Below, piece by piece: positions 19,659 through 28,476 of a DNA stretch of 64,000 nt (its first letter is position 1; the number at the start of each line of letters is the position of its first letter). The stretch comes from Gemmatimonadota bacterium. GTDB lineage: Bacteria; Gemmatimonadota; Gemmatimonadetes; Gemmatimonadales; GWC2-71-9. The stretch lies in the NCBI GenBank assembly GCA_039584325.1, contig JBDGYA010000011.1, positions 26,045 to 90,044 of the forward strand, read 5' to 3'. The notes beneath the pieces were generated by a model. It ran no database searches and was not told where the DNA came from. It worked only from the letters and a program-made list of their open reading frames with translations. The translations under genes and the position numbers were made by a program.

Positions 19659-20767
19659 CGCACGCACTCACCCTTCCCCTCGGCGAGGTCACGAAGCTCA
19701 GGCAACGCGTCGTGGTGCTCGCCGAAGACCGACCCGCCGTCTACCGCATGCTGGACGCGTCCGGTCGCGTCATGTACGTCGGCAAGGCCAAGCGCCTGCG
19801 CAGCCGGCTGCTGAGCTACTTCCGGGCGCAGTACCCCGAGGACAAGGCCGCCCGCATCCTCCACGCGGCAGCCGACATCGAGTGGGACTACGCGCCCTCG
19901 GAGTTCGCCGCGCTCCTTTCGGAAATGCGTCAGATCCACCGTCACCGGCCGGTGTTCAATGTCCGCATGAACCGGCGACGCCGGGCGGCGTTCGTCAAGA
20001 TCTCCGGCGGTTCCGCTCCCAAGCTCTACGTCGGGCGCAATCCGGCTGGGGCGGACGTGTGGCACTATGGTCCGTTTCTCGGCGTGGGCCAGCTGCAGGA
20101 GGCCATCCGCGTGCTCAATGACTTGCTGGGCCTCAGGGATTGCTCCCTCCGGATGCCGATCGTGTACCGGGGACAGGGTGACCTCTTCGAGACGGCGACA
20201 CGGGCAGGCTGCCTGCGGCACGAGCTGGGCACCTGCAGCGGACCGTGTGCCGGGTTCGTGACCGAGGCAGCGTACCGCACGCGGGTGGCTGAGGCCCTGG
20301 CGTTTCTCGAGTGCCGCACGGTCGCGCCCGTGAACCGCGTGGTCGAGGCGATGACGGCGGCGAGCGCCGCGCAGGATTTCGAGCGGGCGGCCTGGTGGCG
20401 CGACCGATTCGACGTCCTCACTTGGCTGCTCCAGGCGTGCACGCGTCTGCACGCCGCGCTCGAGGGCATGACGTTCGTGTACCTGGACACGGGAGTGCAC
20501 GGCGACGACCGGGCATACGTCATCCGCCGTGCCCAGGTGCGGGCGGCCGCTCCCGCCCCCCGCACTCCCATCGAGCGCGAGGCCTTTCGAGCCCTGGTCG
20601 CCGAGCACGCCGGCGATCACGCACAGCCCGGCCCGGTCCCCAGCCATGCGATCGACGAGACCGTTCTGGTCATGAGCTGGTTCCGCCGACGACCGGCGGC
20701 ACTGCGCCATACCGTGCCGCTGGACGAGTGGCTCACAACGGCGTTGCCCGGTGGAGTGACGCCATGA
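19649..20767 (+). CDS. UvrC N-terminal-half homologue (GIY-YIG nuclease + Cys cluster + UVR motif), lacking the C-terminal endonuclease/HhH half
   Basis: The ATG at 19649 overlaps the upstream gene by 10 nt. 'AVYRMLDASGRVMYVGKAKRLRSRLLSYF' and 'EFAALLSEMRQIHRHRPVFN' (GIY-YIG). 'CLRHELGTCSGPCAGFV'. UVR-like 'FERAAWWRDRFDVL'. At 372 aa it is too short for full UvrC. Confidence 0.8.
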   Translation: MAVAHALTLPLGEVTKLRQRVVVLAEDRPAVYRMLDASGRVMYVGKAKRLRSRLLSYFRAQYPEDKAARILHAAADIEWDYAPSEFAALLSEMRQIHRHRPVFNVRMNRRRRAAFVKISGGSAPKLYVGRNPAGADVWHYGPFLGVGQLQEAIRVLNDLLGLRDCSLRMPIVYRGQGDLFETATRAGCLRHELGTCSGPCAGFVTEAAYRTRVAEALAFLECRTVAPVNRVVEAMTAASAAQDFERAAWWRDRFDVLTWLLQACTRLHAALEGMTFVYLDTGVHGDDRAYVIRRAQVRAAAPAPRTPIEREAFRALVAEHAGDHAQPGPVPSHAIDETVLVMSWFRRRPAALRHTVPLDEWLTTALPGGVTP

Positions 20768-21741
20768 TCCTGGCTGTCGTGAAGATCGTGGCAGGACTGA
20801 CCGTCCTCCTGGTCGGCGGTCACTTCCTCGTTCGCGGGGCGGTGGTCCTGGCCATGCTCGCGCGCCTGTCGACCGCGGTCGTGGCCCTCACGGTCGTCGC
20901 CATGGGCACCAGCCTGCCGGAGCTAGCCGTGAGCCTCGACGCCGCCGCACGGCAGTCGACCGACATCGCCTATGGGAATGTCATCGGCTCGTGCATCTTC
21001 AATCTCGGAGCCATCCTCGGCACGGCCGCAATCCTCGCCCCAGTTCCGGTCCGGCGCCAGACCATTCGGTTCGAGTACCCGGTCATGTTCTTTGCGGCGC
21101 TCCTGACGGTGCTGCTCGCGCGGGACGGTACGGTGGACCGCCTGGATGGTCTGGCCCTCGTGATCGGCCTCGGCATCTTCATGAGCAGCATGGTCGTCCT
21201 GACCAAGCGCGGCGTCCCTCCGAGCGAGGTTCGGGCCCTGGACCAGGACGTGCGACGGGCGGCCCACGTCGAGGACGGACTCGGTCGCGCCTGGGGGAAG
21301 AGCCTGGCGCTGGTAGTCGGTGGAATCATCGCGCTCATCATCGGCGCGGATCTCGCGGTATCCGGGAGCGTAACCGTCGCCCGCACCGTCGGCATCCAGG
21401 AGCGCATCATTGGCCTCACGATCATCGCTATGGGCACGAGCCTCCCCGAGCTCGCCACTTGTATCATGGCCACCGCGCAGGACGAGAACGAGATCGCCCT
21501 CGGCAACGTCATCGGCTCGAACATCTTCAACCTCCTCGCCATTCTGGGCATCACCGCGACGATCTTTCCGGTACCGGTACACGCGAGGGCCATCGCGCTC
21601 GACAACTGGGCGATGCTGGCGTTCTCGATCTTTCTTCTCCCAATGATGTTGCGGGGTCGCCGCATCTCCCGAGCGAACGCCTTTCTGCTGCTGGCAGGGT
21701 TCGTGACGTTCATGGGTTATCTGCTGATCGTCGAGATGTGA
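20764..21741 (+). CDS. Ca2+/Na+ (CaCA family, YrbG-like) antiporter
   Basis: Two internal alpha-repeats, 'GTSLPELAVSL...GNVIGSCIFNL' and 'GTSLPELATCI...GNVIGSNIFNL'. The ATG overlaps the upstream stop (ATGA). The track ORF extension from 20311 was rejected. Confidence 0.88.
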   Translation: MILAVVKIVAGLTVLLVGGHFLVRGAVVLAMLARLSTAVVALTVVAMGTSLPELAVSLDAAARQSTDIAYGNVIGSCIFNLGAILGTAAILAPVPVRRQTIRFEYPVMFFAALLTVLLARDGTVDRLDGLALVIGLGIFMSSMVVLTKRGVPPSEVRALDQDVRRAAHVEDGLGRAWGKSLALVVGGIIALIIGADLAVSGSVTVARTVGIQERIIGLTIIAMGTSLPELATCIMATAQDENEIALGNVIGSNIFNLLAILGITATIFPVPVHARAIALDNWAMLAFSIFLLPMMLRGRRISRANAFLLLAGFVTFMGYLLIVEM

Positions 21742-21809
21742 CGGGCGCTTCGTGGCGAGCAGCAGCGCCGACGGTCGCGGCCCGGCTGCCCCCGCCGTCA
21801 CATATCCGG

Positions 21810-22292
21810 CTAGGCCCTACCCAGCTCCACGATCCTCCCCCGGGGCGGGAGGCCGGCCTCGAGATCGAGGATCCCCACCGTCGGCGCGGCGCCGAACCGC
21901 GCCGCGCCTGCCGAACCGGGGTTCATCACGGTGACGAGATAGTCGTACAGCTCGAGAAACGGCTTATGGGTGTGCCCGTACACGATGATCTCGGTCTCGG
22001 GGAAGGCCTGCATCAGCGCATCGGGATCGGGCGACCCGAACTGATCGCCGTGCGTCACGACGACGCGCTGCCCGTTCAGGTCGGTCCGCGCCACCTGGGG
22101 ACACCGGGTGCGCACGTCGAAGCCGTCGGTGTTCCCTCGCACGGCGGTCACCGGGGCCACAGCCTCCAACTCCAGGAGCAGGTCGACCGATCCCACGTCG
22201 CCGGCGTGCAGGATGTGATCGACCTCAGCGAAGACATCGAAGACCTCCGGGCGTAGCAGCCCATGCGTGTCAGAAATCACTCCGACCTTCAT
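21810..22292 (-). CDS. YfcE/MJ0936-family metallophosphoesterase
   Basis: 'MKVGVISDTHG', 'ILHAGDV', 'VRGNTD', 'THGD' and 'GHTH' motifs. The start was trimmed to the ATG at 22292. Confidence 0.85.
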   Translation of the reverse strand: MKVGVISDTHGLLRPEVFDVFAEVDHILHAGDVGSVDLLLELEAVAPVTAVRGNTDGFDVRTRCPQVARTDLNGQRVVVTHGDQFGSPDPDALMQAFPETEIIVYGHTHKPFLELYDYLVTVMNPGSAGAARFGAAPTVGILDLEAGLPPRGRIVELGRA

Positions 22293-22564
22293 GGGGTGAC
22301 CCTGCTGCGGCGTCGTAGTCGTCGCGGACCCGAGCGCCTCATCGTCCCCTCCGATTCGGCGTCGGCGTCTTGTGCGGGTGCCGCGGTGGCCCATCGGGCG
22401 CCGGTCGGTTGGGCGCCCGTCGCGTCGAGCGCCGGGCTCGGCGTGTCGATCGATCGCGGCCCGGGCGTTTCGCTCGCTTCCGTCGCTCCGTCACGACGCC
22501 CCTCGCACGGTCATGCCCGTATGGCCGCGCGCCACCGCCTGCGCCCCGCGACTTCCCGGTCCAC

Positions 22565-23293
22565 TCACGCTCGCACCGCCGTGTACAGGGAAGCGACACC
22601 GAACGTGAGGGCGCGATGCCCGACGTCGGTGAACGGGTGTGTAGCGATCTGCGTGAGCATCGACCGCGGTTCCGGAAAGGCATGCACGGAATCTGGCAGG
22701 TACGTGTATGCACTCGTATGTTTGGACACCAGTCGGCCGATGCGCGGCAGCACGTACCGGAAGTACGCCAGGTACCACGAACGCACCGGCCACCGAGTCG
22801 GCAGCGAGAACTCCAGTACCACGAGGCGTCCACCCGGCTGTAGCACCCGCGCCATCTCGGCGAGCCCCACGTTCATGTCCGCCAGGTTTCGGATGCCGAA
22901 CGCGACCATACAGCCGTTGAAGGTAGCATCCGGAAACGGCAGGCCGAGGGCATCGGCGCCCACCGCGTCGAGCCGTGGGGCTTTCTCGATTCCCAAGCGT
23001 AGCATCGGCACGACGAAGTCCGCGCCCACGACGGTCCCCGTGAACTCGGGGCGGCGGCGCAGCTCGGCGGCGAGATCCAGCGTACCCGCACACACATCGA
23101 GGTACCGCCCCCCTGGTTCTCGGTCCCACTCCAACACGTCGACCGCGCGACGTCGCCACCGGCGGTCAACGGTGAGGCTGAGCAGGCGGTTCAGCAGATC
23201 GTATCGCGGCGCAATCGCCGCGAACATCTCCCGCACGTACGAGCGCTTGCTGGCCCGATCGCGCGATGCGACGTCAGAAGGTGAGGACGGCAT
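22565..23293 (-). CDS. ubiE: Demethylmenaquinone/ubiquinone C-methyltransferase
   Basis: 'VREMFAAIAPRYDLLNRLLSL..DRRWRR' signature N-terminus, SAM motif 'LDVCAGT', and 'FGIRN' motif. Confidence 0.9.
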   Translation of the reverse strand: MPSSPSDVASRDRASKRSYVREMFAAIAPRYDLLNRLLSLTVDRRWRRRAVDVLEWDREPGGRYLDVCAGTLDLAAELRRRPEFTGTVVGADFVVPMLRLGIEKAPRLDAVGADALGLPFPDATFNGCMVAFGIRNLADMNVGLAEMARVLQPGGRLVVLEFSLPTRWPVRSWYLAYFRYVLPRIGRLVSKHTSAYTYLPDSVHAFPEPRSMLTQIATHPFTDVGHRALTFGVASLYTAVRA

Positions 23294-23384
23294 AGAGCCG
23301 AAAGCTACTGGTACGCTTGAACTTGCTGCAAGAATGGTTCAATCTGAAACTATCCTGCCGGCCGGGGTGTAGAGTCCATACCGG

Positions 23385-23984
23385 ATGAGTACTCCCGAGA
23401 CCACCAGCCTCAGCGATCAGGAGATCGTTGCGTGGGCTCTCGAAGGGGCGGAAACGGCCCACCGAGAGTTGCTGCGGCGCTACGAGCGTCCGGTATACGC
23501 GCTCATCCATCGCATGGTACGCGATCGCGAGCTCGCGGAGGATCTCACACAGGAGACCTTCGTGAAGGTGCTGAACGCCCTCGATCGCTACCGTCCGGAG
23601 TACAAGTTCTCCTCCTGGATCTTCAAGATCGCCAACAACGCGGCGATCGATCAGTTGCGGCGCAAGGAGCTGGATACCCTCTCCCTCGAAGGCGGCCCCA
23701 ACGCAACCACTCCGGACCGGGTAGAGGCAACCTCTCTGCAGGTCGGTGACGTCGCAGAATCCCCGCTCGAGGAACTGGAGGCCCGTGAAATCGGGTCGGC
23801 CATCGAGGCGGCCATCGCGCAACTCCGCCCAGAGTACCAGGCGTGCATCATCATGCGGCACATCGAGGGCCGTCCGTACGACGAGATCGCTGACATCCTC
23901 GACCTGCCTCTAGGTACGGTCAAAACGTATATCCATCGTGCACGTGCCGAGCTGCGCGACCTGCTCGAGCCCATGCGAGAGTGA
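23385..23984 (+). CDS. ECF-type RNA polymerase sigma factor
   Basis: Region 2 'ELAEDLTQETFVKVLNALDRY...FSSWIFKIANN' and region 4 'IMRHIEGRPYDEIADILDLPLGTVKTYIHRARAEL'. Confidence 0.9.
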   Translation: MSTPETTSLSDQEIVAWALEGAETAHRELLRRYERPVYALIHRMVRDRELAEDLTQETFVKVLNALDRYRPEYKFSSWIFKIANNAAIDQLRRKELDTLSLEGGPNATTPDRVEATSLQVGDVAESPLEELEAREIGSAIEAAIAQLRPEYQACIIMRHIEGRPYDEIADILDLPLGTVKTYIHRARAELRDLLEPMRE

Positions 23985-24526
23985 AACTCGGAGGAGGGCA
24001 CAACGTAGGGATGGAGGACATGAGTGACGATGTTCACAACGGGCTGACGCCCGCCGAGGAAGACCCGGTGATCCACCGGATGGTCACTGCACTTCCGACA
24101 CCGCAACCGCGACGGGAGTTCGGGGATCTCGTGCTGTCGGCCGTATGGAGACCGCATCCTCGGTGGGCACGGCGGGTGCGGGCCACGTTGCGGGAGCTGA
24201 TCGACAGCGGTCGCGTCTGGCTCGTGGTGGGCGGACTGGCGGTCGGTAGCCTCGTTCCGATTGCGGCGGTGGCCGTTACGATCTCGTTGTTGGCCCCGGC
24301 CGTTGCGGGGGGGGTCGAGACGCTATTCACGGAGCTCATCCCAGTAGGGTGGACGTTCCTGTGGGCGCAGGTCGCGTCGCTCTTTGAAACGGTGCTGGCA
24401 AACGCCAACGCGTTGGATCTGCATCCCAGGGCGTGGGCGATGATCGGGATTACCTCGGTGGTGGCGCTGGCGGGTTGTGGCTGGGGGCTGAATCGGACCA
24501 TGACCCCTCGCGCTGTGAGGCGATGA
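23981..24526 (+). CDS. Putative membrane-anchored anti-sigma factor
   Basis: The GTG overlaps the sigma stop (GTGA). A cytoplasmic N-terminus is followed by predicted TM segments ('VWLVVGGLAVGSLVPIAAVAVTISLL', 'MIGITSVVALAGCGW'). No zf-HC2 motif is present, so the call rests on position only. Confidence 0.45.
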   Translation: MKLGGGHNVGMEDMSDDVHNGLTPAEEDPVIHRMVTALPTPQPRREFGDLVLSAVWRPHPRWARRVRATLRELIDSGRVWLVVGGLAVGSLVPIAAVAVTISLLAPAVAGGVETLFTELIPVGWTFLWAQVASLFETVLANANALDLHPRAWAMIGITSVVALAGCGWGLNRTMTPRAVRR

Positions 24527-24530
24527 GACC

Positions 24531-25712
24531 ATGCGAAGGATGACGAGCCGAGTCATTGCAGCGCTGGTGGCGAGCATCGTGGGGGCCGCGCTACCGGCCT
24601 CGCTCGACGCTCAGGAGGTCGTGGGCCACGCAACGGAGCGTTCCGCCGAGAACGCGGTCGTCACGTTCCAGCTGGCCGACGGTGGTCAGCTCGTAATCGA
24701 GATTCGCGACGGCCGGGTGTCACTCAATGGAACGCCGGTGGGTTCCACGAGCACCGATACTGGTCAGCTGTCGGCTCTCGACGTGCTACTCGACAGCGCG
24801 GAGATGCTGTCGACGTCGGAGCTGCTGGGCGCGATTCGACGGATCGAGGCGGAGCAGTTCGAGATCGCCGCGGTGGAGGAGGCGTTGGAAGCGCTGGCAG
24901 CGGCTGAGGTCGAGATCGTCCTGCCGGAGATCGCCGACGCACCGGCCCCAAGGGCTGAGCGCGCAGCAACTGGAGTCGCGCGGGTGCGTCCCGCCCGGCC
25001 GGCCCCCCCGGCGGTCAGCAGGATCGTGATCGGTGAGGAAATGTCGGCAACCTTCGCCGGTGGTCTCGCGATCGCGGCCGCCAATCTGTTCGCCGTGTTC
25101 ATCGCCCTGGGCTTCATGGGGCTCGGCTTCCTGTTCTTCGTCCCGAAGCAGCTCGAGACGGTGGCCGACACCGTGTGGCATTCGTTCTGGCGATCGTTCC
25201 TGGCCGGCCTCTTTGCGCAGCCGCTCATCCTGCCGGTGTTTGGAGCGATGATCGTCGGGCTCGCGCTCACGGTCGTCGGTATCCTCGTGGTTCCGTTCGC
25301 GATCGTCGGGTTCCTGATGGCGGTGTTCCTCGCGGCGGTCGGCGGGTTCATCGCCGTCGCGCGGACGGTGGGTGAGATCTACTTACGGCGGAAGATGGCC
25401 CGCGGCGAGCCCGTGGATACGTGGGGCTCGTACCGCTACATCGTCTACGGACTGACGGGGCTGCTCGCGATCTGGCTCCCTGTGGTCGCCCTTGGATGGA
25501 TCCCGGTGGCCGGCACGCTGCTCACCGTGAGCGCCGGACTCATCACGTGGATCCTCGCGACGGCCGGCTTTGGAGCAGCAATCATTTCACGCGCCGGGCT
25601 CCGGGGCACGTTCGTGCGTCAGCTCGACCTCGCCCTGACCGACGAGCAGTACTGGACGGAAGACGCCATGCCGACCCAGCCGCGTCATGGCAGCGTCGAG
25701 CGCTATCGATGA
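24531..25712 (+). CDS. Polytopic membrane protein (hypothetical)
   Basis: Signal-like N-terminus, a soluble acidic segment, then at least five hydrophobic helices. Third gene of the ECF operon. Confidence 0.6.
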   Translation: MRRMTSRVIAALVASIVGAALPASLDAQEVVGHATERSAENAVVTFQLADGGQLVIEIRDGRVSLNGTPVGSTSTDTGQLSALDVLLDSAEMLSTSELLGAIRRIEAEQFEIAAVEEALEALAAAEVEIVLPEIADAPAPRAERAATGVARVRPARPAPPAVSRIVIGEEMSATFAGGLAIAAANLFAVFIALGFMGLGFLFFVPKQLETVADTVWHSFWRSFLAGLFAQPLILPVFGAMIVGLALTVVGILVVPFAIVGFLMAVFLAAVGGFIAVARTVGEIYLRRKMARGEPVDTWGSYRYIVYGLTGLLAIWLPVVALGWIPVAGTLLTVSAGLITWILATAGFGAAIISRAGLRGTFVRQLDLALTDEQYWTEDAMPTQPRHGSVERYR

Positions 25713-26572
25713 CACTCGGCCTCCGCGCCGTTTGGATCGCGGCTCTCGGGCTGGCAGTCGTAACGACCGGGATGCATGCCCAGACGTGGCGCACGAGCGC
25801 GAGTTCCCGGCAGTACCGCGGCGAGACGGATCTCAGGGTCGATCTTGAGTTCGCAGCCGGTACGCTGCAGCTCCGTCGCGGCGATGCAGCCACGCTGTAT
25901 CACTCCCGCGTACGGTATGACGCCGACCGGTTCGCATCCACGACGGCCTTCGACACGTCGGCCGACCGACTCCGAGTCGGCGTCACCTCCGAGGACCTCC
26001 CCGAGGATCTCGATCTGGACGAGTATCCGCAGTCTCTCGAGCTGGCACTCTCACCGGCGGTCCCGCTGATCCTGGACCTCGAGTTCGGGATCGCGAAGGC
26101 GGACCTCGATCTGGGCGGCCTCGCCGTGGCGTCGGCACACGTCAAGACGGGCGGGAGCGAGAGCCGTATCCGGTTCTCCGAACTCAACCGGGTCGTGTGC
26201 GACCGCCTGGAAATCGCCGTAGGAGCCGCGGAGCTCACGGCGGAACAGCTGGGCAACGCCCGGTGCCGCCGGGTGGAGTTCGCGGGCGGGGCGGGCGAGA
26301 TGATCCTGGACTTCACCGGTGCGTGGTCCCAGGACTTCGACACCAACGCCGAGGTGACCATGGGCCTTGGCTCGCTCACGTTGCGGTTCCCGACTGACAT
26401 CGGTGTGTCGGTTCACGTGAGTCGGTTCTTGGCGTCGTTCGAGGACGGCGGCTTCGAGAAGCGGGGCTCCCGCTACGTGTCGCCCAACTACGATCGGGCC
26501 CCCGTGAAGCTCGATCTCGAGATGCACGCTGTGCTGGGCGACGTGAACGTCGAGTGGATCGACCGGCGCTGA
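25709..26572 (+). CDS. Secreted beta-rich protein (hypothetical; possibly DUF4097/LiaF-C 'toast-rack'-like)
   Basis: The ATG at 25709 overlaps the upstream stop (ATGA). Signal peptide 'LRAVWIAALGLAVVTTGMHAQ'. Repeated short beta-strand segments ('LDLEFGIAKADLDLGG', 'LEIAVGAAELTAE', 'VEFAGGAGEMILDF', 'VTMGLGSLTLRF'). The family assignment is unverified. Confidence 0.55.
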   Translation: MTLGLRAVWIAALGLAVVTTGMHAQTWRTSASSRQYRGETDLRVDLEFAAGTLQLRRGDAATLYHSRVRYDADRFASTTAFDTSADRLRVGVTSEDLPEDLDLDEYPQSLELALSPAVPLILDLEFGIAKADLDLGGLAVASAHVKTGGSESRIRFSELNRVVCDRLEIAVGAAELTAEQLGNARCRRVEFAGGAGEMILDFTGAWSQDFDTNAEVTMGLGSLTLRFPTDIGVSVHVSRFLASFEDGGFEKRGSRYVSPNYDRAPVKLDLEMHAVLGDVNVEWIDRR

Positions 26573-26581
26573 CGGTCGCTT

Positions 26582-27334
26582 CTACGCGTGCCGAAACCGC
26601 ACCTCGGCACCGACTCCCACCCCGATAGCCTGCGCCGCCGACCGGTCACGCGCGGCAATCTCCAGAGTGTTGCCGGATCCCACGAGAGCGATGAGATCGC
26701 CCGAGCTGACGTCGGCGAAGGTTCGGCCGATCGGTACGGGCACCTCTCCTCCAACCAGCACGACGGATACGCCCTCGAGCAGTGCGGAGGGCGCGTCCGT
26801 GATCAGCGTACCGAATCGATCTACGTGAACGACCTTGCCCACCATGAAGACACCGTCGGCCGTTGGAGCGCTGGGCGGCAGCACCACCGGATCGCGCACG
26901 GGCTCGCCCAGCGTGTCGAGGGTGGCACCCATGGCGAGTCGCGCCGCTGTGGGAGCGAAGAGATCGCGTCCGTGGAACGTTGGCGAGGCACCGTCAGGCA
27001 CAGGCAGCGCGACGATCATCGCATCGGTGAACATAGGGGTGAGTAACCCGTTGTCAGGCGCGACGAAGAAGTGGCCCGAGCCGGCTGCCGCGATGGCCCG
27101 TCTCGAGGACCCCACACCGGGATCGACCACGGCCAGATGTACGGTTCCCGCTGGGAAACGCCACCACGTTCGGGACAGCAGGAACTGGCCGGACGCCACG
27201 TTGCCGGGCGAGACATCGTGGGTGATGTCCACCAGCGTCGCATCCGGCACCACACTCAGCAGGACCCCCTTCATCTCACCGACGTAGGTGTCTCGAACGC
27301 CGAAGTCAGTGAGCAGGGTGATGACCGGGGACAT
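26582..27334 (-). CDS. SAM hydroxide adenosyltransferase (DUF62, chlorinase/fluorinase-like) family protein
   Basis: 'ITLLTDFGVRDTYVGEMKGVL' N-terminus and 'VVDPGVGS.R' motif, characteristic of DUF62. Confidence 0.85.
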   Translation of the reverse strand: MSPVITLLTDFGVRDTYVGEMKGVLLSVVPDATLVDITHDVSPGNVASGQFLLSRTWWRFPAGTVHLAVVDPGVGSSRRAIAAAGSGHFFVAPDNGLLTPMFTDAMIVALPVPDGASPTFHGRDLFAPTAARLAMGATLDTLGEPVRDPVVLPPSAPTADGVFMVGKVVHVDRFGTLITDAPSALLEGVSVVLVGGEVPVPIGRTFADVSSGDLIALVGSGNTLEIAARDRSAAQAIGVGVGAEVRFRHA

Positions 27335-27351
27335 CGCGTCGGAACGCCTGA

Positions 27352-28452
27352 TCAGGTGATGATCGGCAGCGACACCGTCTTCCCGCCGGCCCTGCCGATC
27401 ACGGCGGCCGCCACGGCGGCGAGCGCCTGCCCCGCCGGGGAGTCTGGCCGATTGACGACCGCAAGCTGACCCTCGTCTGCTTCCTGGGTCATCTCGGCCT
27501 GGAGGGGCACCTGTCCGAGCAGCGGGACCCCCAGCTCTTCGGCCAGCCGGGCACCGCCACCGCCTGAGAAGACCTCGGTTCGGTCACCGCAGTGGGGGCA
27601 GACGAAATAGCTCATGTTCTCGACGATCCCGATGACGGGGACACCGACCCGATCGAACATCTTGGCACCCCGAAGCGCGTCACCGGCAGCCATCTCCTGT
27701 GGCGTCGTGACGATGATACCGCCCCGCATGTGAATGGCCTGCGCGAGCGACAGCTGGGCGTCACCCGTGCCGGGGGGCAGGTCGATGATGAAGTAGTCGA
27801 GGGAACCCCATTCTACGTCGGTCAGGAACTGCTGGATAATCTTCGTGACGATGGGGCCGCGCCAGATGGCGGGCATGTCCCGCTCGATGAGCAGGCCGAG
27901 CGAGATGAGTTTCACCCCGTGGCGCTCGAGGGGAAGGATCCTGCCGTTCTGGACGGCGGGCCGTTCGTCTATGCCGAACAGGCGCGGCACGTTCGGACCG
28001 TAGATATCGGCGTCCATGATGCCGACCTGCTTCCCCTGTCGAGCAAGTTCGGCTGCAAGGTTCGACGCGATCGTAGACTTGCCGACCCCACCCTTCCCAC
28101 TGGACACGGCAATCACGGTGCCGAGTTTGGGATATTCGACAGGTTGCGGTACCGCACCCGCGCCGGCCGCCGGGGCGGTTCCGGGCGGAGGGCCCGATGG
28201 CCGCTCGCTGGCGGGCTCCTGGACGTCGATCGAGACCTTGCTCACGCCTTCGACGTCCTTCACGGCCTTGCGTGCTTCCCGCACCAGGCCGGCTGGATCG
28301 TCGGACGAGATGAGGAATGTGAAGGAGACCTGGCCGTCGTCGCGTACGGCGAGGTCCTGAACCATCCCAGCCGAGATCACGTCGTTCTCGACCCGGGGAT
28401 TGCGAACGTTCGTGAGCGCTCCGGCGACGAGCGCTTGCAGGTTTCGTGTCAT
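27352..28452 (-). CDS. apbC: Fe-S cluster carrier ATPase Mrp/ApbC/NBP35
   Basis: N-terminal DUF59-like domain, deviant Walker A 'SGKGGVGKST', and the 'CPHCG' cluster-binding motif. Confidence 0.92.
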   Translation of the reverse strand: MTRNLQALVAGALTNVRNPRVENDVISAGMVQDLAVRDDGQVSFTFLISSDDPAGLVREARKAVKDVEGVSKVSIDVQEPASERPSGPPPGTAPAAGAGAVPQPVEYPKLGTVIAVSSGKGGVGKSTIASNLAAELARQGKQVGIMDADIYGPNVPRLFGIDERPAVQNGRILPLERHGVKLISLGLLIERDMPAIWRGPIVTKIIQQFLTDVEWGSLDYFIIDLPPGTGDAQLSLAQAIHMRGGIIVTTPQEMAAGDALRGAKMFDRVGVPVIGIVENMSYFVCPHCGDRTEVFSGGGGARLAEELGVPLLGQVPLQAEMTQEADEGQLAVVNRPDSPAGQALAAVAAAVIGRAGGKTVSLPIIT

Positions 28453-28476
28453 GATGCTCGAATGATAGGAGGGGCT

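Noticed and set aside
18600-19667. 355-aa minus-strand ORF covering the same DNA as the zinc-ribbon peptidase
   Set aside because: The plus-strand product has four regular CxxC ribbons, HExxH and EDFAE motifs, and it fits the mutM-to-antiporter operon flow. The minus-strand product has none of these.
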